64,000 bases of DNA from assembly GCA_049323655.1 (NCBI GenBank), contig JBMONO010000022.1, forward strand, positions 14,993 through 78,992, given 5' to 3'. The position numbers were made by a program, and so were the translations under genes. The notes beneath the pieces are model-generated. The model saw only the letters and a list, made by a program, of their open reading frames with translations. It searched no databases and had not been told where the DNA came from. Below are positions 27,592 through 37,714 of the stretch, piece after piece. This DNA is from Thermodesulfobacteriota bacterium (lineage in GTDB: Bacteria > Desulfobacterota > Desulfobulbia > Desulfobulbales > SURF-16). Numbering within the stretch: the stretch's first letter is position 1; each line of letters opens with the position of its first letter.

Positions 27592-28224
27592 TTATCCGGT
27601 CAGCAGACCGCTCTGGCGGATACCGTCAAAGATAAATTGCACGGCCAGACCGCAGAGCAGCACGCCGAAGACGCGGCTGATCACCCGCATGCCGGTGACG
27701 CCGAGCAGCCGCATCAACCGGGTTGCGCCAAGGAGCGCGAGATAGGTGAAAAAGAGAATCACGGTCAGGGAGGAGAGAACGACAAGCTGACCGACGACAT
27801 CGCCCTGGACATCGGCCATCAGGAGAATCGAAGCGCCGATCGCCCCCGGACCGGCGATGAGCGGGGTGGCGAGGGGGAAAACGGAGATATCGTTTTTTGC
27901 CTCCGCCTCATGGGTCTCCTCGCTGGTGGCGCTGGTGGCGCCCGAGGGACGGGCAAACACCATTTCAATGCCGATCAGCAAAAGGAGGATGCCACCGGCG
28001 GTCCGTAAAGCAGCGAGGGAAATGCCGAAGGCGGCAAGCAGCGTCTCCCCCAGCAGGGCAAAGGCAAAAAGAATGACAGCGGCAATCAGGGTGCCCCGGC
28101 GCGCCATAGCCTGTCTGGCATGGGCTGATGCCGTGCCGGTCAGGGCGGCGAACATGGCGGCGACATCGATGGGGCCGATGGTGGCAAAAAAAGTCGCCAG
28201 ACTGACCACCGCGATTTCAATCAT
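27592..28224 (-). CDS. MarC family (UPF0056) integral membrane protein
   Basis: Six TM segments, with N-terminal FFATIGPIDVAAMF typical of MarC/YhgN. Confidence 0.75.
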   Translation of the reverse strand: MIEIAVVSLATFFATIGPIDVAAMFAALTGTASAHARQAMARRGTLIAAVILFAFALLGETLLAAFGISLAALRTAGGILLLLIGIEMVFARPSGATSATSEETHEAEAKNDISVFPLATPLIAGPGAIGASILLMADVQGDVVGQLVVLSSLTVILFFTYLALLGATRLMRLLGVTGMRVISRVFGVLLCGLAVQFIFDGIRQSGLLTG

Positions 28225-28269
28225 ACAGGGTGAATCCCGTCAGCATACCTCGGTCGCGCCCGACAGCCA

Positions 28270-29442
28270 TTACGTTTCCCCGCCAAAGACCAGGGCGAAC
28301 AATCTCTTTGCCGCCTCTTCCTCCGGCTGCCTCTTCAGCCAGTCGAGGCACAGGGTCCGCGCCCTTTCCACCTCGCCCTGCCTGAGCAGGAGTTCTCCGA
28401 GCCGAAACAGATAGCCGGAATGATCCGGCGCAAGCTTCAGGCACTTCTCATACTGAGCTGCCGCCTCGGCCAGTTTACCGCTTTTTTCCAGGGCCTCGGC
28501 AAACTGGGCAAAGACATAGACCGTTTCCGGCAATGGATCGACCGTCCGGTCAAGATAGGGGGCGGCATCAGCCAACCGGCCCCTTTTCAGAAAGGCCTTG
28601 CCGATCTTGATAAGGTTGAGGTCAGTGGGGTTCGAGGAAAAAATCCGGTCAAAAATCTGCCGGGCATTATCCTCCATCTCCATATCCAGATAAAGTTTGC
28701 CGAGATCAATGGCCAGATCGGTGTTGAGCGGATTTTCCTTGTGGGCCTTGACCAAGAGCGAAAAGGCGTCCCCCTGGCAGCCGTCGAGCCGGCAGACCTT
28801 GGCAAGGAGATGGGCGCCCTTGCCGCTCCCGGCATTCCTGGCCAGATACTGGCGCAGAAACTGGCGGGCACGGTCGTTTTGACGGAGATGAAAATAGGCC
28901 TCGCTCAGGACAAAGAGGGCGTCGCCGTTGGTCTGCTCCTGGGCCAGCACCTCCCTGCCCAGTTGGACAGCCTGATCATATTTTTTCGCCAACAGCAGAT
29001 TACGGGCCCTGCGCACCATCTGCTGAAATGGCGTAGCGTTCTTCCGTCGTTGCAGGATGGCATTGACCGATTTCAGCAGATCCTCGCCACTATAGGGCAC
29101 CGCCAGGTAGCCATCCGCCAGCTCGTCCACCGCATAAAGCACCATGTCCTTGTTGCGGTTGTCCGAGGTCAGCAGCACCGGCAGGTCGGAGAGACCGACG
29201 GTTCGACGGATGAGGCGCAGTAATTCGAGGCCGCTCATGGCCGGCATGTTCATTTCGGTGATGACGAAATGGACCGATGCGCTCTTCATCACGCTGCGCG
29301 CTTCCACCCCGGAGTGGGCCAGACGCACCGCAACATGGCCCGCCTGGCGCAAAATTTCCGCATCGCGATCGAGTGTTTCCCGATTGACGCCAACCAGAAG
29401 AAAATCCATCTCCTGCATCGGGGCTGCCTGACTGTCACTCAT
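28270..29442 (-). CDS. degenerate receiver domain fused to TPR repeats
   Basis: CheY-like fold, but the acidic pocket reads LLVGVN, the phospho-acceptor position reads ITEMNMP, and the conserved Lys position reads LAVPYS. TPR-like repeats fill the C-terminal 250 aa. Confidence 0.7.
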   Translation of the reverse strand: MSDSQAAPMQEMDFLLVGVNRETLDRDAEILRQAGHVAVRLAHSGVEARSVMKSASVHFVITEMNMPAMSGLELLRLIRRTVGLSDLPVLLTSDNRNKDMVLYAVDELADGYLAVPYSGEDLLKSVNAILQRRKNATPFQQMVRRARNLLLAKKYDQAVQLGREVLAQEQTNGDALFVLSEAYFHLRQNDRARQFLRQYLARNAGSGKGAHLLAKVCRLDGCQGDAFSLLVKAHKENPLNTDLAIDLGKLYLDMEMEDNARQIFDRIFSSNPTDLNLIKIGKAFLKRGRLADAAPYLDRTVDPLPETVYVFAQFAEALEKSGKLAEAAAQYEKCLKLAPDHSGYLFRLGELLLRQGEVERARTLCLDWLKRQPEEEAAKRLFALVFGGET

Positions 29443-29648
29443 AAAGCTCTCTCTCTGTTTTCTGACTCGTGTTGTCGCTGTCCGGCCTCACCTGGATAAT
29501 TCTTTCAATTGTTGTACCACAGCAAACAACGAGAGAACATATTTTTTTCTCCACCGCTCCGCTCTGCCGGCAAACACCGCCATCCCGGGCCAAGCCGCGA
29601 CTGGAAGACAAACTGATGGGTAACGACGGCTACCAGCATGAACAAACC

Positions 29649-32168
29649 CTAGCCGAGAATCTCCCGTAGTTTCCGCATCAGATTGGAGGGCATGACCGGC
29701 TTGGAGAGAAAATTGCGCTCGCTGTCGATAATAGTGTTGCGGTCGGCCTTGACGTCAAGATAACCGGACATGAAGAGGAGCTTGATGTCGGGTCGGATTT
29801 CCCGCAGTTTTTCGGCAAGGGCGGCACCGTCCATGCCCGGCATGATGAGATCGGTAAAGAGCAGGTCAATGGGGCCGGGATAGCTGGCCGCCACCTGCAG
29901 GGCCTCTTCCCCGCTGGCCGCTCCGAGCAGGGTGTAGCCCAGCGGCGCCAAGCTGTCGACAACAATCTGGCGGATGATCGCCTCGTCATCAACCACCAGT
30001 ATGGTCTCATTGCCGTAGCGCAGGCTCTTCTCCTCCCTTTGCTCCTCCACCTGCGCCATCGCTTCTCCGGTGGCCGGAAAATAGAGCTTGAAACTTGTCC
30101 CCGTTTCCGGCTCGCTGACGAGATCAATAAACCCCTTGTGCTGTTTGACGATATTATAGACCGTGGCCAGACCGAGCCCGGTCCCCTTGCCCGCCTGCTT
30201 GGTGGTGAAAAAGGGTTCAAAAACGTGCTCCTGCACCTCCGGTGCCATGCCGTGGCCGTTATCGGTGACCGTCAGCATGACATACGGTCCGGCTTCCACG
30301 TCCAGATGGCTCCGAGCATAATGGCCGTCCACCTGGACATTGGCGGTGCTGATCGTCAACCTGCCGCCTGAAGGCATGGCGTCCCGGGCATTAACGGCGA
30401 GATTCATGACGGTCTGCTCGATCTGACCGGGATCAGCCTTGATGGCGCTGACCTCGGCGGCAAGCCGCAGGTCGAGGGCGACATCCTCGCCGATCATCCG
30501 CAGCAGCATCTTGGCAAGGGATCGCACCGTGTCGTTGATATTGATGCTGCGCATCTCGAGCTGCCGTCTACGGGAAAAGGAGAGAAGCTGACGAACAAGG
30601 GCCGCTGCCTTTTCCCCGGCCTGCCGGATCACCGCCACATCCTCCCGCCAGCCCGGGTCATCATCCTTGCGCAGCAGGGCGAGTTCACTGTACCCCAGGA
30701 TACTGCTCAGAATATTGTTGAAGTCATGGGCAACGCCGCCGGAGAGCCGACCGATTGCCTCCATCTTCTGGGCCTGGAGAAACTGCATCTCCAGTTTCTT
30801 GAATTCGGTCATGTCCTTGGCAAAGTGGATCACGCTCTTAAGCTCGCCGCCGGGCCCGACCACCGGCGAGGCGGAGACGAGAAAGGTTTTGCCTAATGAT
30901 GCATGGACGATCTCGGCCGTGTAGGGGGCGAATTTCTCCACTGCCTCGGGAGCCGGACAACCGACGCAGGGATCGGCGGCGCCGCTGAACAACGCGTAAC
31001 ATTTGCGGCCGATCACCTCCGCCGGCGGGCAGTTGAACATGGCGAAGGTGGCCCGGTTCGCCCGGGTAATGGTCAGATCGACATCCTGGAGGGTGACGAC
31101 ATCGCCGATGGCGTCAAAGGTGCGCTCCCATTCCTCCTTGGCCTGGCGCAACTCCCTTTCAGAATCCTGCAACTGCTCGACGTGCCGCTGGAGACTTGCG
31201 GCAAGCTCTTTCATGAAACGGGCCAGGTCGCCCATCTCATCATCCGGCACCTCGGAGCCGACCTCATAGTCATACTGCTGCCGCTCGATGGCGGTGATGG
31301 CGGCCCGCTGGCGTTCGAGAAAGGCGCGAAAATAGCGGCTGACCCGCCACCAGAGGGCAATGGTCAGCAGAACGGCGGCAAGGCTGACAAAGACGATGAT
31401 CAGAGTCAGGCGCTGCTGACGCACCCGGCTCTCCGTCGCGATCCCGGTCATACTCTCCTCGGCGAAGGTGAAAAAGTGCAGCGCCGTATCGGTGAGAAAA
31501 TCCTCCCGGTCCCGAATGCCGAGCAGATTGAGATAGAGGGCCTCGGTGTTGCCGATCAGGGTATCAAAGAGAGTAATGAGGGCCGGATCAGCGGCAGCGG
31601 CAAGGACGCTTTGGCGAAGATCCTTCATGGCGGCGACGTTGCCGAGCTCCTGATGATGATAGACCTCGTCAAAACGAAACGGCAGGGCGTGAATTCCCCG
31701 GTAGAGGACGAGGGCCTGCTCGGCCGGCAGCTCGGCCAGCATGCGGTCAAACTGGCGGGAAAGATCATTTTGCCTGTCATGAAGGAGAACATCCTCTTCG
31801 TAACGAGCAAACAGCTCATCAAAGGCGATCCGGTAATAGCCGAGATAACGGCGCACCGAGTCGATCCGGCTGCGGATGGCCGGGCTGAGCTCCTGTTGAG
31901 CGTCGGCCATCATTTCCAGCAGCTCATCGGCCCGGGAGAACTCCTGCTCGAAGCGCGCCCGGTCAGGGGAACGGATCTGTCGCTTGTCCCCGATCTGGAA
32001 GGTGGAGAGCTCCCTGATCTGCAAATGAAAATCCTGAACCAGCCGCGTTTCGACGCCGGCCCGGTAAAGATCGCGGAGCCCCAGCGCCACCGTGCCGGCC
32101 AGAATGACGGTGAGCGAGGTGAGGGAGACAAAGAGCAGAAAAACCTTTTTCGAGAGGCTGACGCGCAC
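29649..32168 (-). CDS. hybrid sensor histidine kinase/response regulator (extracytoplasmic sensor, PAS, HisKA, HATPase_c, REC)
   Basis: Two TM segments. H-box [12 protein letters not shown] box [10 protein letters not shown], and G boxes DNGHGM / [10 protein letters not shown]-terminal receiver ILVVDDE...[11 protein letters not shown]...SKP. Confidence 0.9.
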   Translation of the reverse strand: MRVSLSKKVFLLFVSLTSLTVILAGTVALGLRDLYRAGVETRLVQDFHLQIRELSTFQIGDKRQIRSPDRARFEQEFSRADELLEMMADAQQELSPAIRSRIDSVRRYLGYYRIAFDELFARYEEDVLLHDRQNDLSRQFDRMLAELPAEQALVLYRGIHALPFRFDEVYHHQELGNVAAMKDLRQSVLAAAADPALITLFDTLIGNTEALYLNLLGIRDREDFLTDTALHFFTFAEESMTGIATESRVRQQRLTLIIVFVSLAAVLLTIALWWRVSRYFRAFLERQRAAITAIERQQYDYEVGSEVPDDEMGDLARFMKELAASLQRHVEQLQDSERELRQAKEEWERTFDAIGDVVTLQDVDLTITRANRATFAMFNCPPAEVIGRKCYALFSGAADPCVGCPAPEAVEKFAPYTAEIVHASLGKTFLVSASPVVGPGGELKSVIHFAKDMTEFKKLEMQFLQAQKMEAIGRLSGGVAHDFNNILSSILGYSELALLRKDDDPGWREDVAVIRQAGEKAAALVRQLLSFSRRRQLEMRSININDTVRSLAKMLLRMIGEDVALDLRLAAEVSAIKADPGQIEQTVMNLAVNARDAMPSGGRLTISTANVQVDGHYARSHLDVEAGPYVMLTVTDNGHGMAPEVQEHVFEPFFTTKQAGKGTGLGLATVYNIVKQHKGFIDLVSEPETGTSFKLYFPATGEAMAQVEEQREEKSLRYGNETILVVDDEAIIRQIVVDSLAPLGYTLLGAASGEEALQVAASYPGPIDLLFTDLIMPGMDGAALAEKLREIRPDIKLLFMSGYLDVKADRNTIIDSERNFLSKPVMPSNLMRKLREILG

Positions 32169-32170
32169 AG

Positions 32171-33301
32171 CTATCGTCCCTGCGGGCCACGGTCACCAGG
32201 TGACCGGTCATAGATCAGCTCCGGCACCCGCCCACCGATGGCCGCCTCCTTCACCCTGCCGTGCAGCATGCCGCCGGCAATCATCGCCTCCACCCAGAAG
32301 GCGACCCCGCGTTGCCAGTCCGCATCAAATTCCTCCACCCAGGTGATGGTGGGCAGGGAACGCCGCTCCATCGCCGGATCGATCTCCAGCCAGCGGGCGA
32401 TCTGATCCGCGCTGCTGTCCGGATTCCTGGTGATGAACCGGTTCGCCTCCCGCAGAAGAGAGATCATCGCCTCAGCCACCTCTGGTTGCTCGGCAATATA
32501 TCGCTCCGAGGCGGCCAGGGCGCAACAGGGGGTGGCGCGCCACTTGCCCGCCGGCGGCAGCTCATGGAGCAGGGCGACGATTTTCCCCACCCCCCGCACC
32601 TCGGCCATGGCCGGAAAGGGTTGGTTGGTGACCACGCCGTCCACCAGGGCGTTTTCAAGGGCAGGCAGCAGATTCTTCTCGCCAAAGAGATTGACGAGGA
32701 TCACATCCACCGAACTATCGGCAATATCATGGGAAAAGGAAAGGCCGGCAGCCTGCAGGGCCTGTTCGAGGATGAGATGCTGGACCGACAGGCCGATCTT
32801 GTAGCCGATCCGCAGCGGTGGATCGGCGGTCCGGGCAAGGGCGACAAAGCCCAGCCAGTCGTCAGCCGGCAGAGCGGGCCGCCCAACCAGGGCGGCGCCG
32901 TCAGCCATCAGCGGGGCAACGATGCGGATGGCGCTGCCCTGATCGATGAACTTCAACATGGCCGGCACCCCGCCGGTGACCATGTCCTGCTGCTCCTCGG
33001 CCAGCCGGCGCACAAGCTCCTGGCCGCCGGTGTCCGCATCAATCACCACCCGGGCCAGCACCCTGTCCTGATCCAGCAGCTCATACTCGCTCCGCCAGAT
33101 TTTTTCCTTGAGCCAGATGCCGCCATGCTTTCGGAAATACGCAGGATTCATCGCCGCAATAAAGAGCGAGGCATGATGATCGGTCGGGGCATGGCCGATC
33201 CGCAGCAGCGGCGGCTCCTTGGCCTCCCGGCCGCAGCCGACGAGGCTGCCCAGGGCGAAGAGAGTGAGAAGAAGGATGAAGGATAAGCCGGTTCTGGGCA
33301 T
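32171..33301 (-). CDS. periplasmic substrate-binding protein (NMT1/TauA-like), co-operonic with the kinase
   Basis: Lipoprotein-like signal (LGSLVGC) and a two-lobe SBP-like sequence. Its start is 3 nt downstream of the kinase gene end. Confidence 0.5.
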   Translation of the reverse strand: MPRTGLSFILLLTLFALGSLVGCGREAKEPPLLRIGHAPTDHHASLFIAAMNPAYFRKHGGIWLKEKIWRSEYELLDQDRVLARVVIDADTGGQELVRRLAEEQQDMVTGGVPAMLKFIDQGSAIRIVAPLMADGAALVGRPALPADDWLGFVALARTADPPLRIGYKIGLSVQHLILEQALQAAGLSFSHDIADSSVDVILVNLFGEKNLLPALENALVDGVVTNQPFPAMAEVRGVGKIVALLHELPPAGKWRATPCCALAASERYIAEQPEVAEAMISLLREANRFITRNPDSSADQIARWLEIDPAMERRSLPTITWVEEFDADWQRGVAFWVEAMIAGGMLHGRVKEAAIGGRVPELIYDRSPGDRGPQGR

Positions 33302-33528
33302 GGGAAATTTCCTGCCGAAAAAAAAAGAGTCTGCCGGGCAATGATCGACCCGGCACAGGGCATCACCTTTTGAGTGTACCGATCGCTTCCGCTTCTGTCA
33401 AAAAGTAAATAATCGGACAGATCCCGATCCCGTCGGATGCCACCCGCTTTTCGCCTTGTTGCCGCTTTGCCAATCCGGTATGATCAAAAAAATGGCTTTC
33501 TCGCCCACCCCAACAGAGGCGGACCCTC

Positions 33529-35310
33529 ATGCACATACTTCTTCTCGAAGACGCGCCGGTGATCAGTGCCATGCTGACCGCTCAGCTCATCAGGATGGGA
33601 CACACGGTGGACACGGTGGACAACGGCCAGCAGGGCTTCTACCGAGCCACCTCGCGCCATTACGACCTGGTCATCTCCGACATTGTCATGCCCAAATGGG
33701 ACGGCTACAAGTTCCTGGAGGCAATGCTGGTGGTGGAGCCACACTGCCCGGTCATCGCCATCTCCTCCAGCGTCGAGGAACAAACAGTGCGCCGCCAGCT
33801 GGCCGCCTTCGCCAATGTCATCGGCTTTCTGCCCAAGCCGGTCAAGATGGCCAGGCTCGCGGAACTGCTGGAACGGGTAACAATTCACCACCGGGAAAAG
33901 GTGCGCAAGCTGACCCGCATCGTCTGCACCGTCGGCCCGGCCTCCGCCTCCTCGGATACCTTAGGGCGGATGGTGCTGGCCGGCATGGATATCGCCCGCC
34001 TCAACTTTTCACACGGCAGCCATGATGAACACGGCAGCGTCCTGCGGGCGGTGCGGGCCGCGGAAGAAGAATGGGGCCGGCCGGTGGCGGTGCTCATGGA
34101 CCTCTGCGGTCCGAAGATCCGCACCGGCCCGATGGAAAACGGCGCCATCACCCTGACCGCCGGCGCCCGGATCGTCATCCAGGCCGAGCCGGTGGAAGGC
34201 ACCGCGGAACGCTTCTCCACCATCGCCCCGGAGATCATCGACGACCTGCGGCCCGGCGATCCACTCCTGCTCGATGACGGGGCCATCGAACTGACGGTGG
34301 AGGAACAGCGCGGCAGCGAGGCGGTCTGCCGGGTGATGGTCGGCGGCCGACTTAAATCGGGCAAGGGCATCAACCTGCCCGCCACCCCTCTCTCCCTGCC
34401 CAGTGTCACCGAAAAGGACAAACGGGATCTGGCCTGGGCCATGGAACATTCCATCGATTTCGTCGCCCTCTCTTTTGTCCGCTCCGCCGCCGACATCATC
34501 GAGGTCAAGGAGATGATCAGCCGCGGCCCGCGCCGAATCCGGGTGGTGGCCAAGATCGAAAAACCAGAAGCAGTGGAGAACATCGGCGACATCATTGCCG
34601 TGAGTGACGCCATCATGATCGCCCGCGGCGATCTCGGCGTCGAACTGCCGGCCTCCCGGGTGCCCCGCATCCAGCGCGAGATCATCAAACGCTGCTGGCA
34701 GGCCAACGTCCCGGTCATCACCGCCACCCAGATGCTGGAGAGCATGACCGTCAACCACCGCCCCACCCGGGCCGAGGTCACCGATGTCAGCGTCGCGGTG
34801 CGGGAGGGAACCGACGCGGTGATGCTCTCCGGCGAAACCGCCATCGGCATCGATCCGGTCAACGTGGTGCGGACCATGGCCATGATCATCAGCGAGGAGG
34901 AACGCCACACCGAACCGGTGGACGACCATTGCGAACTGCTGCGCAGCTACAAAGGCTTCAATCCGGCCCTGGTGGCGGCGGCCAGCCTGGGCGACGCCGC
35001 CGCCATCATGGTCCTTGACCTCAGGGGCGACATCTACCGGCATCTCTCCAAGTGGAACCGCTCCAAACCGACCCTGCTCGTCACCAACTCGGTCCATGTG
35101 GCGCGCCACTCCTGCATTTACAAGAACATAGCGCCGATCATCATCAAGGAAAATCTGACCCGCGACCAGATGGTGCTGCGGGCAAAAGAGGAGGCTCTGC
35201 AAAAGGGCATGCTGCTCAAAGGCGACGTGCTGGCGGTGGTGGAGGGCGAGCGGTTGACCCAGGGCGGTATTCCTCAGACCGGCGCCTTTCAGCTCATGAC
35301 GGTGGAGTGA
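33529..35310 (+). CDS. pyk: response-regulator receiver domain fused to pyruvate kinase
   Basis: Canonical REC (ILLLED, VISDIVMPKWDG, IAISS, LPKP), followed by a full pyruvate kinase (IVCTVGPAS, MDIARLNFSHG, IAKIEKPEAV, MIARGDLGVE, ATQMLESM, MLSGETA). Confidence 0.85.
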   Translation: MHILLLEDAPVISAMLTAQLIRMGHTVDTVDNGQQGFYRATSRHYDLVISDIVMPKWDGYKFLEAMLVVEPHCPVIAISSSVEEQTVRRQLAAFANVIGFLPKPVKMARLAELLERVTIHHREKVRKLTRIVCTVGPASASSDTLGRMVLAGMDIARLNFSHGSHDEHGSVLRAVRAAEEEWGRPVAVLMDLCGPKIRTGPMENGAITLTAGARIVIQAEPVEGTAERFSTIAPEIIDDLRPGDPLLLDDGAIELTVEEQRGSEAVCRVMVGGRLKSGKGINLPATPLSLPSVTEKDKRDLAWAMEHSIDFVALSFVRSAADIIEVKEMISRGPRRIRVVAKIEKPEAVENIGDIIAVSDAIMIARGDLGVELPASRVPRIQREIIKRCWQANVPVITATQMLESMTVNHRPTRAEVTDVSVAVREGTDAVMLSGETAIGIDPVNVVRTMAMIISEEERHTEPVDDHCELLRSYKGFNPALVAAASLGDAAAIMVLDLRGDIYRHLSKWNRSKPTLLVTNSVHVARHSCIYKNIAPIIIKENLTRDQMVLRAKEEALQKGMLLKGDVLAVVEGERLTQGGIPQTGAFQLMTVE

Positions 35311-35323
35311 CAGGTGGGAGATT

Positions 35324-36139
35324 TCAGCCGAGCGCCACGTCGAGGATCATCATAACGGTGAAGCCGGCCATGGTCGCCATGGTGACCATGTCGATGTGGT
35401 GGTGGTTGCTCTGCGATTCGGGGATGAGCTCCTCCACCACGACAAAGATCATGGCGCCGGCGGCAAAACAGAGGGCATAGGGCAGGATGGACTGCATCTG
35501 CAGGACGAAATAGGCGCCGATCAGGCCGGCCAGCGGTTCCACCATGCCGGAATACTGACCGATGAGAAAACTCTTGCCCGGTCGCATGCCGTCGCGCCTG
35601 AGCGGTAAGGACACCGCAGCCCCTTCGGGAAAGTTCTGCAGGCCGATCCCGATGGCCAGGGCCACGGCACCGCCGATGGTGGCGGACGGCAACCCGGCGG
35701 CGGCAGCGCCGAAGGCGACTCCCACCGCCATGCCCTCGGGGATGTTGTGCAGGGTAATGGCCAGCACCAGCAGGGTGCTGCGTTGCCAGGAGGTGTTGAT
35801 GCCCTCCCGTTCCGACATGGCCAGACCGGGATGGAGATGAGGCAGGAAGTAATCGATGAGCCGCATAAAGAGGCCGCCGCCGACAAAACCGATCGCGGCG
35901 GTGAGCCAGGCGATGTTCCCCATGCTCTCCGCCATCTCGATGCCTGGGGCGAGCAGGGACCAGAAACTGGCGGCGATCATCACACCGGCGGCAAAACCGA
36001 GCATGCAGTCCAGCACCTTGGCATTGACCCCGCGGGCGGCAAAGACCAAGGCGGCACCGGCCGCGGTCATCAGCCAGGTGAAGAGGGTGGCCAGCAGGGC
36101 CTGCACGACGGGATGGAAGTGCAGCAACCAGTCGATCAT
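35324..36139 (-). CDS. zupT: ZIP family metal transporter (ZupT-like)
   Basis: Eight TM-like segments, HNIPEGMAVG and NFPEGAAV motifs. Confidence 0.8.
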   Translation of the reverse strand: MIDWLLHFHPVVQALLATLFTWLMTAAGAALVFAARGVNAKVLDCMLGFAAGVMIAASFWSLLAPGIEMAESMGNIAWLTAAIGFVGGGLFMRLIDYFLPHLHPGLAMSEREGINTSWQRSTLLVLAITLHNIPEGMAVGVAFGAAAAGLPSATIGGAVALAIGIGLQNFPEGAAVSLPLRRDGMRPGKSFLIGQYSGMVEPLAGLIGAYFVLQMQSILPYALCFAAGAMIFVVVEELIPESQSNHHHIDMVTMATMAGFTVMMILDVALG

Positions 36140-36239
36140 GGCGCAGTGGGATAAAGTGAGGGAAGTCGCCTACGTATCATAACGACCACTAAAACAAATT
36201 CCGGTTCATCGCGCCAATTTTTTTTGATCGCCGGCAGAG

Positions 36240-36261
36240 AAAAAAAACTGCGCCGCCGCAG
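36240..36261 (-). terminator. short GC hairpin plus T8 downstream of the small ORF
   Basis: Minus strand: CTGCG-gcgg-CGCAG followed by tttttttt. The stem is only 5 bp. Confidence 0.35.
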
Positions 36262-36308
36262 GTTGTGCGACGACGCAGCTGAAAATCGCGCAGCAGCCTT
36301 TGCAATGA

Positions 36309-36560
36309 TCAATGGAGAAGGCCGAGATTGGTCCGCAGCTGGGCAATCTGCAGGCCCAGCGAGACGCACTGCCTGCCCTCCATGCAGGTCTCGGCCTCAG
36401 GAATCTCCAGAAAGGTCTGGAGATGATGATCGTCCTTGTGCAGATCAACAACCCAGGCCTGATTGGTCGGATCGAATCTGACGTCCAGATCGATGCCGCA
36501 TACCCCTATTTCCGGGAAAACCTCCCGGATCTTTTCGCACAGCTCCTGTTTGTCGTACAT
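36309..36560 (-). CDS. small hypothetical protein (83 aa)
   Basis: ATG start and non-repetitive, acidic composition unlike the GC-shadow ORFs. A terminator-like hairpin lies downstream. No family recognised. Confidence 0.4.
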   Translation of the reverse strand: MYDKQELCEKIREVFPEIGVCGIDLDVRFDPTNQAWVVDLHKDDHHLQTFLEIPEAETCMEGRQCVSLGLQIAQLRTNLGLLH

Positions 36561-36621
36561 AATGCACCTCCGTTTATTTCTGAAAGGTTGGGGGAAATTT
36601 TTCCCCCAACACTCTACTCAC

Positions 36622-36750
36622 CCCGTAAAAATTCATTTTTTCACCACAGAGCACACAGAGATCACGGAGATAACTCATTGTCATTCAATATATTTTCTCT
36701 GCGCTCGCTGTGCTCTCAGTGGTAAAAAAAACCTTTTTCGATTTCATCAG
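36622..36750 (+). repeat. MITE/REP-like element, copy C (core inverted relative to termini, compared with copies A/B/D)
   Basis: The termini match copy D left and copy A right ends. The core cacggagataactcattgtcattcaatatattttctctgcg aligns to the reverse complement of the copy D core. Confidence 0.8.
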
Positions 36751-36814
36751 CCTTTGCAGAAAAAATAAGTCTCATTCTCACAAAAACAACCACTCACCAC
36801 CACAAAATAGCACA

Positions 36815-37702
36815 TCAGAGCATTTCCGGGGGGAAGGCAACGACCTGGTCGATGCATTCGGCGCCGCAGAGCAGCATGACCAACCGGTCGAGGCCGAGGG
36901 CGACCCCGCCGGCGGAAGGCAGTCTGGCGAGATCGGCAAGAAAACTTTCCGGCATCGGTCCGGGATCGCGGTCCCGGTCGACAATGAGCTGTCGCTCCCG
37001 AACAAAACGGTGCCGCTGGTCGGCGACATCGGTCAGCTCGGAAAAACCGTTGGCCAGCTCCACCCCATTGACATAGAGCTCAAAACGTTCGGCCAGGGAG
37101 GGGTCATCATCTTTCAGACGGGCGAGGGCACCCATTTCGGCGGGGTAGTCACAGAGAAAGGCGGGACGATCGAGGCCGAGATGGGGCTCGATGTCACGGA
37201 CCAGAATCTCGTCGAACAGATCCTGGCGCAATGCCTCCTCCACTGTCAGGGCGGCATATCGAGAAAAAGCCTGACGAACGGTAAGAGAGCACCACTCTCC
37301 CTTTGCCAGCAGCGGTCCGGCCGAGTCGGGCAGGGGAAGGGGCAGGCGGGCCGCGACAAAGGCGAGCAGCGCGGCACAGTCAGCCATCATTTGCCGGTAA
37401 TCAGCGCCGGAGCGATACCATTCAAGCATGGTGAATTCCGGCAGATGACGACTGCCGCGCTCCTGACGACGGAAGCAGCGGCAGATCTGGAAAATTTTTT
37501 CATGCCCGGCGGCGAGCAGCCGCTTCATGCAGAGCTCCGGCGAGGTCTGGAGAAACCAGCCCGCCGATTCCTCCGCAACAATATGCAGCTCCGGAATAAT
37601 GGCCGGCAGGCGGATCGGGGTTTCGACTTCGAGAAAACCCTTTTCGGCGAAAAAGGAACGGACAGCGGCAAGGATCCGTGCCCGGGCAGGGAGAAAGCTC
37701 AC
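36815..37702 (-). CDS. epmA: EF-P lysine aminoacylase (EpmA/PoxA/GenX), LysRS catalytic-core paralog
   Basis: Class II aaRS motifs (FLEVETP, ...RCFRRQERGSRHLPEFTMLEWY, ...GGVALGLDRL) without an anticodon-binding domain. Directly downstream of efp. Confidence 0.85.
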   Translation of the reverse strand: MSFLPARARILAAVRSFFAEKGFLEVETPIRLPAIIPELHIVAEESAGWFLQTSPELCMKRLLAAGHEKIFQICRCFRRQERGSRHLPEFTMLEWYRSGADYRQMMADCAALLAFVAARLPLPLPDSAGPLLAKGEWCSLTVRQAFSRYAALTVEEALRQDLFDEILVRDIEPHLGLDRPAFLCDYPAEMGALARLKDDDPSLAERFELYVNGVELANGFSELTDVADQRHRFVRERQLIVDRDRDPGPMPESFLADLARLPSAGGVALGLDRLVMLLCGAECIDQVVAFPPEML

Positions 37703-37714
37703 CTGAGCACCATC

